From Felis catus (lineage: Eukaryota), in the NCBI RefSeq assembly GCF_018350175.1, contig NC_058368.1, positions 105,836,001 to 105,900,000 on the forward strand: a DNA stretch of 64,000 nt, written 5' to 3'. The notes below the pieces were generated by a model, which saw only the letters and a list, made by a program, of their open reading frames with translations, was not told the origin of the DNA and made no database searches. The translations under genes and the position numbers were made by a program. Of the stretch, positions 1 to 12,559 are shown piece after piece; the stretch's first letter is position 1; each line of letters starts with the position of its first letter.

Positions 1-1959
1 AAAGTGAAACCGAGACTGAACTTAGAGGCTCACCTCCCTCCAAAGCCCTGTGCCATCCACATCGTGTTCATCAAACCCAAGACACAGGTCATCGCACCCA
101 CAGCTTATGGTAGCTTTGCCCTCTCTTAGCAGACCAAAGCCCTTCACCATATTGATGACTACTGTCGCAATCCCCCAAATGCCTCCTGCCTCCCCCAGGT
201 ATGATCTCCCAACTCCCAAATATTCCACAAGCCTAATCTTGCTTTGCTTCCGGTTTCTCCCAAAGATGAATCTCCCAGCCATGTTCACTTAGGGAGAAAT
301 TCTTTCTCTGTGCATTGAGAGAAACATTAAAGGCTTTTACTTCTGCAAATAAATGAGTAATTACTTTACCACAGCTGTACTGCATTTTGTTTCTAACGTA
401 ATACCATTATTGAAAATCTCAGTGGAACATAGACTCAGTAAAGAAGGGCCCCTTTCACCATTCTCCACAGTCTTTCAAAACACAGGACTACCACCAACAT
501 CAAAGAGCTCTGCAAGAATGAAGAGGCAGGAAAGATAATTAGGTGCTGGCCAATGGTGCAAACAAAATTGCTATCTTTGATGTCACATTTCATAAGGTTG
601 AAGGCCATCAACGATGTGGTCCTAAAATTCACGGCCTATGAACTGAAAGGGCACTGTCCCGAGAGCAAAACCAATTAATTTACTTCATGCATAACAAAAA
701 AAAATGCTGAAGACTAAAAACTAAAAAGATCATTTAAGCAGAAGGATATTGTCACTTTTGAAAAAGAAACTTAAAGAAACAGAAAAAATTTGTCATAAGT
801 AATGAAGAGGCCAGAGACATAAATGATTAACACAAAAGATGGATCACAGGCCAGACAGATCAACAAAGTACCAAATTTTATGATGTCTAAGAAAAACACC
901 TAGTACAGTTCATTAGGCAGGAATGATTCCAGGGAAAAATGGTACATGCTCCCAAAACATTTATCCATTATCATTAAAGTCAGATACAAAATCAGTGGGA
1001 ACCAATGCTGATATATCGCCTGATCCAAACACAATGACGTCACCAAGCTCAATCACAGTGGCAGTGAATAAAATGTTAAGCACAATTTGATGATAGCCTT
1101 TATACACTAATGTGGAGTCAAGCTACTATTTTCTTACTGAAATATCTGCTTACATCATTTCTTCCTGAGATATTTGTAAGGAACCATACATACAGTCACA
1201 CCTGATAAATCACACTCATCCCAGGAAAAAGGATACACAACCTGCTCTGTGATTCTGTCCTGACCAACAACTTCTAGTGTCACAACGTTAGGTGTTAGAG
1301 AGGTGAGGAAGCCTCCTGAGGAGAAAGTGAATGTCATGTGATTCACTACTGGGGTTTTAATTACTTGGGAGTTTGAGGGAAATGTTGAAGAGCATAGAAG
1401 ACCACTGATCATAAGGGCTTCTAAGAGGACATAGGTAACATCTGTCGACAGATCCATTAGACTTGCAAAGGGGGAGGCCCCACCTCTGTGACTTGCTTCC
1501 TAAACAACAGCAGGTAGTCAACAGATCTCTGCAGGTAGTGGTGGTCCATCATGGCTGGTGGTCTGCACTGGAGAAACCGGTCATTCTTGGTTCTCTGCTT
1601 GGAGCTTTATACCTGTTCCTCATACATAAGCACCAGGAAAGGCTCAGGAACAAAAGGATACCCCAGGGACACTCGGCAGGAAGGTTCCAGGAGTCTCATA
1701 CCAGCTCAGTAAAATAAAAATGAACATACCTTACACAGCTGCCAAGTCTGTAATTGCCAATAAGCCCAAGAAGCCTGACCAGAATGGGTAGTGTGGGAAC
1801 TTACCTTGCGGATACACAAATACAAATGGAAAGACTGAAGTGTTTCTTTGGCTCATGAAGGTAAAACCCTTTCAACATCCAGACTCAACAGAAGGAAAAG
1901 AAAACCCAGCAGTCGCTGCTTCCAGCTAAATTAGTTGTCTAGAAGATCAGATGGAAGAA

Positions 1960-3500
1960 ACAGCTTACAACACCACAAAATCTCTAAAAAATTAATACCC
2001 TAAGTAAAAGATTAGACTTCACAGAGACTAGAAATGAGAGTATGAATAATATGAATTCAAAATAAAATTAAAAAAATAAAGAGACTAAAGAAATAGTAGG
2101 AAAACCTTTCCTAAGCTTAAATAAACAGTAGTTTTCACTTTCTGGGTAAAAGGGCTCATGGTGTCCTAGACAAGAATAATGAAAAGCAAGAGACATACTC
2201 CAAAGAAGAGCTTCCAGCGATCTCTGTATATCTCTGAACCTCAGATAAAAAGGAAAAACTATTTTTCTGTTTCTAGAGAGGAAAAAAAACCCAAAAACCA
2301 AAAAAACACAGATTGCCTACAAAGAAGATGAATTAGTGTGGCATTATTTTTATCCTATGTGATATAGGTAATTAAAAATACAACAAAACAACATTTACAG
2401 GTTATGAATTTATAATTTTTGAGAAAGGATTCTTCAAATAAGAGTCATAAGATACAACTTAATAACAGCCTGAAATAATGTCAAGAATTGGGGGAATGGG
2501 GGGGGGTGGTATTTGCCATAATGAAGACTTGGAAATGAATTATTCCTAAGATCTTCACTCAGGACTTGGAGATGTAAACATGAAAAATGTCTCAGGGTAA
2601 CAGGAATAGGTATTAGTTAATTTCAATACTGTACAAAAGTTATGAGAGGAATAGAAGTTTCAATATAATGGTGAAAGGACGGTGAGCACTAGTTTGATGA
2701 AGAACACAGAATTTTTTAATCAAGAAAGAAGGGCAACAGAGACAGAAAAGTAAAATATAATTGACTACAACTAAAAATTACAACAAAGATCAATAGAGAA
2801 AATACACAAAATATAATGACATATACATTAAATAAAATGGTATGAATAAACCATATATATTGAAATCATAATATGAATATGCTTAGTTTCTGATCAAATA
2901 ATTGGTAATCTGATTAAAATAACAAAATTCAGTTCTACTCTGTCTATAAGAAAAGCATCAAAATGAAATGACAAAACAAAAGAGGGTGGGTGATGGGTAT
3001 TGAGGGGGCACCTGTTGGAAAGAGCACTGGGTGTTGTATGGGAACCAATTTGACAATAAATTTCATATTAAAAAAAAGAAATGAAAAAAAGTAGAAGACA
3101 GACAAAAATCATAAAAATCATAAATTAAATAAAGTGGTAGAAGCAATAATATCAGACAGAGTGGAATTCAAGAACAAAAGGCATTAACCCAGGCGAAAAA
3201 GAATAATATAAGGTTAAAAATTACAATGAAGAGGAAAGATTTGTATACTTAAAAACTGCAGTGAAACACCAAGAGTTAAAAGTTCTAGAAACACAAAGAG
3301 AGCTCAAAGGCATAAAGGAAATCTTTTCAGATTTGACAGGGCAGGTAGACATAAAATAAATTAGAGGAACACAATCAAAAAGCTAGCCTTAACAGGCGGA
3401 TTTGCAACTTTGCAGCACGTAAACAGAGAAGATAATATTCTTTTGTTTTCAAGGAACAGCCATCAAAGTGATCAGATATTTAACTCACATTATTTCAGTA
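1960..3500 (+). mobile_element. Ancient, highly decayed L1 (ORF1/ORF2-like fragments)
   Basis: Strongly A-rich plus strand with L1-endonuclease-like phrases (aataatatcagacagagtggaattcaag). No intact frame. Confidence 0.55.
2981..3078 (+). mobile_element. Very short 5'-truncated carnivore/feline L1 3' end
   Basis: gggtgggtgatgggtattgag...gagcactgggtgttgtatgggaaccaatttgacaataaa plus an A-tail; the reverse complement of the L1 end at 7590-7670. Flanked by aaatgacaaaa / aaatgaaaaaa. Confidence 0.85.
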
Positions 3501-3765
3501 AGATTCAACAGATTCCTGGTTTCTCTCTAGTATCTTCTCTCACAGTGTGAAACTGAAACTTGGTACATCTCCTTGTGTAGATGGATTTTAGGTAATGTGG
3601 TTGGGAACCTCACCAAAAAGGAACAGTGTGTGTTCTTGTATTAAAGGATCATGACCAACTTTTTAAACGGTAGAAGCTGTCTGTGACATCAAATTCAGTA
3701 TTTTGGAGAAAGAAATTTTAGCAGTTATAAAATTTCACACCAGTGTGGTTTGTTGTAATCTATAG

Positions 3766-3968
3766 CTGTGCTGTCCAAAACAGTAGCCACTTAGCCACAT
3801 GTGGCTTTCTAAATTTAAACTTTAAATTTAAATTAAATTAAATAAACATTCAGTTCCTAATCATACTAGCCACATGGCAAGTGCTTGAGAGCCACATGTG
3901 GTTAGTGGCTACTGTACTGGCAGCACAAAGAGCATTTCCACCATCCCAGAAAGTTCTATCGATGCACA
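3766..3968. mobile_element. MER3-like hAT-Charlie non-autonomous DNA transposon
   Basis: ctgtgctgtccaa..agtagccact..agccacatgtggct, AT-rich core, then tagccacat..caagtgct..agccacatgtggttagtggctact. Internal inverted symmetry. Confidence 0.85.
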
Positions 3969-4059
3969 TTGGAGTGGCGGTCTCCCAACACCACAGGGAA
4001 ACGGGGAAGGAAAAAGCGTCTGGTAGTGAGGCAAGAGTTCTTTACAAGAGGTCTGTGCA

Positions 4060-4200
4060 GTGCGCGATACCCATCATTTCAGGTTATCTGTACAAGAATT
4101 GCTCAAAGTCACACAGATGGTGTCTAACAGAGCCAGCATGTGAATGACAAACATATCTGACACCAAACCCCACGATCTTAACCCCCACACTCTGCTACTT
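4060..4200 (-). mobile_element. MIR fragment
   Basis: aattgctcaaagtcacacag...cagagccag...tctgacaccaaa...tcttaacc, matching the antisense MIR core. Confidence 0.6.
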
Positions 4201-5080
4201 CCCAGTAGTGCTGATAGTCGTGTGTATACGGAAGGCGGTTTCTGTGCTCGATCATTGGTTCCTGCTCTGCATTAAATGCCCCTTCTGCAGGCATTTATTT
4301 TTTTGTTTTAGGATCATAAACCTTTCATTCAGCTAATAAATGAAGCTCAACTTATTAAACGCTTCGCTGACCACGGTGATATGCCTCCAAAGCAAGCCAC
4401 CATGGTTCCCCACAGCTGCGTGTCTGCCCAGATCTACACTTTCTACTACTTTAGTGTGCAAATACTTCGCACGTATGGACATTCTGTCTCAGCAGACGCT
4501 CTGTGGCATCACGGTGCAATCTACTTCAAAACATATCAGCAGCTTCGCTTCTGTTCTCTAAATAGGTGGACTCCAAATAAGTATCACTTAACACTGGGAG
4601 AGGCTTTAGTGGTGCGGTTGGACTAGAGACAATGCTCAGTGTCCACGAAGCCTGACACAGTATCTACAGAATGCAAAACCTTTCAAATTCAGTAAACTTC
4701 CAAATAATCTGTAGTGTTAGGTAGGTGCTGGGCTTTACTGTCCGCTTCCCAAAGGTATCCAGGTCATTCTAGATGATACATATAAATGCATTCTGAGAAC
4801 TGTCAAGAGTTATTTAAATTTATTTGTTTCTAGGAATGACTTTTAGAGATGATGTGATCTGATCATGTGATTAAACAGAAAAGGAAATAAAGTCCAAAAT
4901 GTTTCTGCAACTGGCCCCAAGTCAAAATGATCTGATGTAACGACTTAGGCCTCCTGACTCATTCTCTTGCAATATTCAACATAAAACGGTAATTAGAAGC
5001 TTACAATTGATGGCATCTGGGGTGTCAAGGGCTTTTTATGACAAAATTGCTGAGCTGAGAACCAGAGGGATGTTCTAACT

Positions 5081-5407
5081 CAGTATTTCCCACAATGAGG
5101 TCAATGAAATAGCAGTTCCAGGGAATAGTAAAAGTATTACGTCAAAGAGAGATTCTGTGGTCAAATACATTATAGAGTTGAACAAAGACAGAATGTGTGT
5201 CTGAGTGTGAGCGTATGTGTGTGTGTATGTTGGGCGGGGGGAAAGCCATAGGACTTTCAGGAGCCCTTACTATACTTAGGTGCATTATAAACTGCCAAGA
5301 GGAGGCTAGAGCAGGCAGTGTTCAAAATTTATTTGCTCGTAAAATATTTTTATTCAATAGCATTCCTCAAAACTAGTGTGGGACGAACACACTTTGGCAA
5401 ACACTTA
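5081..5407. mobile_element. Old hAT-Charlie-type element
   Basis: Termini cagtatttcccaca and acactttggcaaacact resemble hAT TIRs (cagtgtttcccaaa). Confidence 0.5.
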
Positions 5408-5957
5408 TCAGCAGATGAGTCCCCTGTCGTATCTTCAAACATGGCTCCCTCAAACAGATTTAATAAAATGATATCTTTTGTGTAATTGGCTTTCCTCCAG
5501 GTGACATCACTGCCGCCATAAATATCACAGAGAACTTTAGAAATTTGTGACATGACTGTAACACTCCAAGTTTCTTAGCTGCTGCCAAACTATTGCCTGG
5601 ATGGCTAACAGTATTCAAAATATTTAAATGATCAGAGTTCAGACGTTTTTCTGTGTTTCCTGCTTTATTCTTCTATACATCAAAGATCACATCTATTTTT
5701 CCAGGACCTAAAATCTGAGGACGCATAACTGGTGATGTAAAGAAAAGCACATGGTCCCACAGTCCTGGGTAGGATTCTGCTTGCAATGCAATGCAGAGGA
5801 AATTTCTCCTTAAAGCTACTGACAATAATGAGGTAAGGTATCTATGTTCACTCCATAGAGCATGGAGATTTTTAAGTAGTTTATCTTCTAGCTGAAAACC
5901 TCCACAGGTAAACTGCGTTATTTTGTGGCTCTAGCATTCTATACATAGGAAAGCACT

Positions 5958-6200
5958 TAGTATCGTGACTAGAGCACAAGATTGCAGGGAAGACAGTTCT
6001 GGATTCACAACCAGAACCCAGCTTCACAAACTACCTGCTTATAGCCTTGAATACATTCCAGTAACTCCAGCTTCCTTAATTGTGAAACGGGTATAATAAG
6101 AGAACTTTACTTACAGTTTCTGATACGGACCTGTGCGTGTCGTGAGATAAAAACTTCAAGGGTTTAGCACAGTGCCTGGCTTTTACTAAATGCCCAGAAC
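5958..6200 (+). mobile_element. MIR
   Basis: cagcttccttaattgtgaaacgggtataataa...ttagcacagtgcctggc, the MIR core and tail. Confidence 0.7.
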
Positions 6201-7541
6201 CTGGTAGTTGTTCTTATTGTGGCTGTTGTTGATGTTAATAAACGTTACAGAGCCTTTCCTAGTTTCCAACGTGCTTTCTTTCATCGTGGCCACTACAGTG
6301 CCATTGCAAGGTGAAGGAAGAGGAAAGCAGAAAAAAAAAACATCACTGTGGCTTTGTTCCTCATAATTATATATGGATACAATTTTCTTGGATGTGAAAG
6401 CTGGAAGAAACCACTTAAATGGATACCAGGATCCTTCCAAGAAATAATATACTTCCTTACGGAGTTATTTTCTCTATTATTCAAGCTCCCTTTTTCCCAA
6501 AGATCTGTTTGGAATCAAAGCCAGGTTTCACAGCCTGAAAATTAATACTGTGCAGCCAGAAATAAATTATTTTGCAAAGAGAAATACCAGACCCACATCA
6601 TTTTTACTCAGTGAAAAAAAAAATCTCCCTTTCTACCTCGCCAGAAAGCACAATGGACAAATATAAAAGCTCAACGTTTATCCATTTATGTGGTCTGGGA
6701 AAGAGAGCACCCCTTTTGATTCATGGCTCAGCCTCGATTCCAGCACCGCTACTCTGGCAACAAAAGCACCATCATCAATTTGTGATTAGCCATGACATTA
6801 TCTGGTTTTCAGATTATCTGTTTGTACCCTCAGCGTCTATCCCCTCGCCAGGAGACTGTGGCTCATGCCACTGAGAGCAGGCCCTTGGTGGGAAAGGATG
6901 ATGGCACAAAAAACGAGACTGTCAGTGTCTGAGCTTATGGGAGAGGCTGTGACTGCCTGATGATGAACATCAAAAGAAACCCCAGTTAAACGTCCACATG
7001 TTTCCAAACTTCACAAACATTCCAGATATAGAAAAACATCCTGATGCTTAAGTAAATTTAAAAATTTCCAGCCAGATGGTTATAAGATTGAGTATGTGTC
7101 TCCGATTGCCTTAAAAAATTAGAATATTATGATTCTTATTTTATATTATCTATTTATATCTTCTGTACCTTATTAGCAAAGGAAATCAAACTTGAAATTT
7201 TTCCTAGGGGGGGGAAAACCCTCTTCCTTGAGTTTCTATAGAAATCTACTCAAACATTTCACATTGTCTTTTTTGGTGTATAAGGCCTGAGCCTATCCTG
7301 TTTCTACTCAATAAACATGATTGATCCAGTTCCTGGGTAACTACAGAATGCTTATCTTAACTGATAGGAAATTAGAAATCCCACAGAGTTTCCATAATTA
7401 CTCTACATTTTGAGGGTCAACTAAACTGTCTACCAAAAGGTTCTGTTTTAATTATGCACAAGTTTGAACAGGTGAGATCCACAGGACTGGTGTCATTGTG
7501 TTCAGTATTGTTTCTTTTTCAAAATTTTTTTATGTTTATTT

Positions 7542-8019
7542 TTTGTTTTACATAGTTTTATTTTTTTAATTTTATGTATTTATTTTTATATATAATTTAT
7601 TGTCAAATTGGTTTCCTTACAACACCCAGTGTTCATCCCAACAGGTGCCCTCCTCAATACCCATCACCCACTTTCCCCTCTCCCCCACCCCCCATCAACC
7701 CTCAGTTTGTTCTCAGTATTTAAGAGTCTCTTATGGTTTGCCTCCTTCCCTCTCTGTAACTTTTTTCCCCCCTTCTCCTCCCCACTGGTCTTCTGTTGAG
7801 TTTCTCAGGATCCACATATGAGTGAAAACATATGGTATCTGTCTTTCTCTGCCTGACTTATTTCACTTAGCATAATACTCTCCAGTTCCATCCACGTTGC
7901 TACAAATGGCCAGATTTCATTCTTTCTCATTGCCAAGTAGTATTCCATTGTATATATAAACCACATCTTCTTTATCCATTCATCAGCTGATAGACATTTA
8001 GGCTCTTTCCATAATTTGG
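7542..8019 (-). mobile_element. Carnivore/feline L1 3' end (ORF2 C-terminus, 3' UTR, poly-A), 5'-truncated
   Basis: Minus ORF contains KLWKEPKCLSADEWIKKMWFIYTMEYYLAMRKNEIWPFVATWMELESIMLSEISQAEKDRYHMFSLICG, the L1 ORF2p C-terminus. T-rich tail at 7542-7590. Confidence 0.95.
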
Positions 8020-8171
8020 AACCAATTAATGGCCAACATGGAGGAGAAGTAGGGGGATCCATACTTCCCATGTCTCTCAAACAAAGAAGTGCAGAAGTCA
8101 AAGGACTTTGAACACCAGAGCCTGGGAGGAAAAGAGACTGAATCTACTAGGAAGAAAATAGGAAAGCTGGG

Positions 8172-8374
8172 TGTTTATTTCTTTTTGAGTGAGAGAGACA
8201 GACAGAGTGTGAGCTAGGAAGACACAGAGAGAGATGGAGACACAGAATCCGAAGCAGGCTCCAGGCTCTGAGCTGTCAGCACAGAGTCCTACACGGGGCT
8301 CAAACTCACCAACTGTGAGATCATGACCTGAGCCAAAGTCGGATGCTTAACCAACTGAGCCACCCAGGCACCCC
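8172..8374 (-). mobile_element. CAN-SINE (SINEC_Fc-type); tail interrupted by the L1 at 7542-8171
   Basis: tRNA-derived head (ggggtgcctgggtggctcagttggttaag) and CT-rich body. TSD cagtattgtttc 7503-7514 / caatattgtttc 8375-8386. Confidence 0.92.
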
Positions 8375-9645
8375 CAATATTGTTTCATTTCAAAGCTAGC
8401 CTCCCAAAAGAATGGATTTATAGAGTCCATGAAAATCATGGTTAAAATATATTTTGAGACATGCAGACAAAATGTTAATATATTTGGCTTTCTGCATCCA
8501 AACCCTTTTCCCCATTTAGGAGAAATCTGCATTGTGTGAGTCTTGGTGTGAGGAACTGATGTGGACACACGTTCAGAAATTCTTCTCAGCAGCAGGAAGA
8601 CAGGAGAGGCAGCAAAGGACTAACAAGGAACTAACAACCCACAACCTCAGCTGAATTTTGTGCTGGCAGCTTCCGCTAGCTCTTATCTATTCTCCAAACT
8701 TGCTTCTCTACACAACCTATCTATTCTACATCTACCCAATGTCTTTCTATTACATCCCTTTTGTCACTATTTTTAATTCAATGACTCAGATTTGTTTTGT
8801 TTCGTTTTTTTGCAACCAAGACCCCAATTTATACATGTAGCACCCTACTGACAGTAGAAATTTTGAATGAAGATGTAAAAAGTTAGCTAAAATTTAAGGG
8901 CTCTACATAAGTTTTCCATTTATGTTCCTGGAGGCAGGGAGTGAAATTCATAAGCAGCCACGATTCTTTGCACCTGTGTCTGAGTTTTGATTAGAATTTT
9001 AGAGTATTAGAATATGTTTAAAATATTCTGCAGTGGGGTCCCAATTTTTTAACCTTTCCCATGACATCTAACATATGAAATAAGATTTTAATTGAGGCTT
9101 AACCCTTACGAAAATGCTTGTTTTAGTAAAGATTCTTGGTAATCATTATAATGTGAAAGCCTGCCCTTGCCTAATTCATACTAACCTGTCAAGTTGTGAG
9201 ACCAGCCCTGAGGTTTCTAAAAGAGATCTACGAGATTTGGAAGTGCACTTATTTGGGCTTGACATTTATATATAAGAAGCATTTTTAAAAAGGTGAATGC
9301 AAACGAACTAAAAACAAGGTTCAGCCTTTTAGAAAACTACCTAGATGGGCTGACTCTTCAACTTAGCTGGAATGAGGTTGCCAGTCCCAAAGCAATCTGT
9401 TCCATTTGGGACAGGAGCCTCAGGAAAGTGTAAAGTCTGCTCTTTTCCAAGTTCTGAATTTTCTACATTAATTCTGTATTAAACCTTTAATGAACAACTC
9501 AAGACAGGTAAATCCCATGGGATACATAAAATATAAGGACGCTGACCCCATGAAAGTATTCCAAACATGGAAAAAGGAGTTCCCTGGAGGAAAAACATCA
9601 AGGAATTTAAATTTTGTATGAATCGATGATTCCTTAAAACATTTT

Positions 9646-9864
9646 TTTTTAATTTTTTTTTCAACGTTTATTTATTTTTGGGACAGAGAGAGACAGAGCA
9701 TGAACGGGGGAGGGGCAGAGAGAGAGGGAGACACAGAATCGGAAACAGGCTCCAGGCTCTGAGCCATCAGCCCAGAGCCCGACGCGGGGCTCGAACTCAC
9801 GGACCGCGAGATCGTGACCTGGCTGAAGTCGGACGCTTAACCGGCTGCGCCACCCAGGCGCCCC
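9646..9864 (-). mobile_element. Young feline CAN-SINE
   Basis: Full head, (CT)n and poly-A, CpGs intact. TSD aaaacatttt at 9636-9645 and 9865-9874. Confidence 0.97.
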
Positions 9865-10239
9865 AAAACATTTTACTTTAAGTTATAATAGCTGGGGAAA
9901 ATGAAAAAGTTTATAGTGATTCTCATTAATAACATGATCCTTTTAATACAGTAGATGAATCTGGTTGCCAGGAGAGGCTACTTAACAGTATTTCAACCCT
10001 GCTATTGTGTCTGACTTGACCGCAGTGAGGTAACATTTTCTACCATATATGCGGGGGAAGTCTGCGAGCAACTGGGCTATCTAACATAACTCCAGAAACT
10101 GAACCTCATATGGAATGGGCAGGGCATAAAGGTGGGAGAAAACCTGTGTTTAATGTAGAAGTTCCTTCTATGTTTTTTAGATTTTCATAGAATTTCAGTT
10201 TTTTTTTCAATACTGTGATAGCATCCATACTTGAATATA

Positions 10240-11640
10240 TCCATTCTCATTCATGTTCTATATGTTCTTCTAGGTCCTTTTAAGTTATTATTACTTAAGC
10301 AGTAAGCAGACAAAGAGTATTAAATATTTTACCGTATCTAGAAATGAGATACTCACTTTTAGGCAAATCATAAGGGAAAGAGTAGTAGAAAGGAATTAAA
10401 TCTAAAATTGACCAGATAAGACAAATCACCATAACCCAAACTCCAAAGGCAAACAACAGTCTAAGAACAGAAAGCCAAACAGAAATATATACATGCATTT
10501 TTAAGTATATATATGTACATTAATTTTTTGTCTATGGCATTTTTATATATGTACGTGGGTATATACACACATATGCCATAAACAGAGTATCCAGAATAGG
10601 TAAATGTATACAAATGAGGAAGACACATACCTCTAGAAAAATAAAAAAAAATACTCATAAACAATTCATAGAAGTGAATAAAAATGGTTCATAAATACCT
10701 AAAAATATGTGCAAACTCATCCTCAGAGAAACAAAAGTAAAACAATGAAGTACCTATCACTGGATACATTTTAGGCCAAGAACGTGGCAAGTGCTGTTCT
10801 AAGTACTTGGATATTTTATGTCACCTAGCCATTGTAAAACCTTTATAAGGTATGATTACTATCATCCTTATTTTACACATAAGGAAAGTGAGCACAGAGA
10901 CGCTAGGTAATATCCAAGGTCAGTGAGCTAGTGAGTCACAGTCCATACAGGCCAACAATGAGTGTTGGATAATACTGAGTAAGACAATACCAGTTAAGAG
11001 AGGCCTATGTTCACGGTCAAGCGATTGTTTTGGAAAGCAATCTAACAATAGCTAATAAGTTGATGATGCATATATACAGTCTTGTTCATTCAAGAGAAAC
11101 TTGCATAAACACAGAAGGAGACATTATAGAAGAAGTACATCACAGCACTTTTTTAGTAGGAAAAATGAGAAAGAATCTCAATGTCTCTCAGTAAAAGAAT
11201 GGGCAAGTAAATTGCTTCACATTTATGCAATGTCATATTGCACAGTAGTTAAAACGAATTCTATATGCAGCAAGATAAGAAGATCTCAAAAACATTGTTG
11301 AATGAAAATAAGCTGGGTGATACATGGACTCTGATAATATTTATGTTCATTAAAAATATAAAACAATGATACACATTATTTATGGAAATACTGGAAGTAG
11401 TACATGTATAAAGAGCATCAACTAAATACACCACAACTTCATGACAGTGGTTACTTCTGGAAAAGGAAGGGAAAGGAGGGATGAAAAGAACATGGGGGAA
11501 TTAAATTTTATCTGTAAAGTTTTAGTTCTTTAAAAAAAAAAAGGGAGAAAGAACAAGAAGTTATCTGAAGCAAATTTTTAAAACTTAACTTTTCATTTGG
11601 TGGTATGCACATGAAAGATTTCTTGAGATGTCTTTTGTTA
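10240..11640 (+). mobile_element. Ancient L1 (L1ME-like) 3' region with a MIR (about 10770-10945, minus) inserted
   Basis: aaaatatgtgcaaactca, aagaatgggcaagtaaattg, gatctcaaaaacattgttgaatgaaaa and cagtggttacttctgg are L1 3' motifs. MIR core: ttattttacacataaggaaagtgagcacaga. Confidence 0.65.
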
Positions 11641-11878
11641 TATTCCAGACTTTTAAAATTATCCCAAATATTATACTTAAAAAGATCACTTAATTAGGAA
11701 CAGAGCATTCCTAACCAACTGAGTGATTGGGGGGGGGGGCGTATTCCATCCTATTTTCTAGGGCTAAATCAAACCTAACATTTAAGTATGGAATTTATTT
11801 AGAGACATTTTGCAGAATTTATGTAACTGCAAGAGATCGGACCTATCTCACTAATGCCCACATATAAAAATAACTTGA

Positions 11879-12104
11879 GGGGCACCTGGGTGGCTCAGTT
11901 AAGCATCTGACTTGGCTCAGGTCATGATCTCACAGTCTGTGGCTTCGAGCCCCAAATCGAGCCCCAAATCGGGCTCTGTGCTGACGGCTTGGAGCCTGGA
12001 TCCTGCTTCAGATTCTGTGTCTCCCTCTCTCTCTGCCCCTCCCCTGCTCACTCTCTGTTTTTCTCTCTCTCTCTCAAAAATAAAGTAAATAAATAAATAA
12101 AAAT
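11879..12104 (+). mobile_element. CAN-SINE
   Basis: ggggcacctgggtggctcag head, (CT)n, A-tail. TSD aaaaataacttga at 11866-11878 and 12105-12117. Confidence 0.96.
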
Positions 12105-12559
12105 AAAAATAACTTGAAGCTTAGAACGTTGTGTTATCTCCCCTATATTCTTTTACCCTATAATTTTAATTCTTAGATTTCATTCCCATCAAAGGGCTGT
12201 CACAGACAAGTCAAATCACAGAAGAAATAAAATGGAGTTGTTCTTGTGAATGCAGAAGTCTTAACATTACATGAAAGTCCTCTAAGTAAAAATTCATCCA
12301 TCATGCCTTCTTACCCTAAACAAACGCACACCTACTCTCAAGGAGTACAACATGAGAAACTTTAACCACCTAATGATAACCCCAGTGACGATGAATTAAA
12401 AAAAAAAACTTATTTATAAATGATTAGGAATATTTCCAAAATATTGGCCATAGCTAACACATTAATAATTTTAATAGAAGACAGATAATTATTCAAAACA
12501 ATGACTTTCCTGACCAATACTTAACTATATAAAAAATTATTATCCACAACATTCCAGGC

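Noticed and set aside
22..632. Overlapping ORFs near the window start, possible pseudogene or FBN2 exon 6
   Set aside because: No fibrillin Cys pattern and no recognisable protein; cannot be supported without a search.
7805..8101. 98-aa ORF with a recognisable protein-like C-terminus
   Set aside because: L1 ORF2p C-terminal remnant fused by chance to the adjacent inserted segment.
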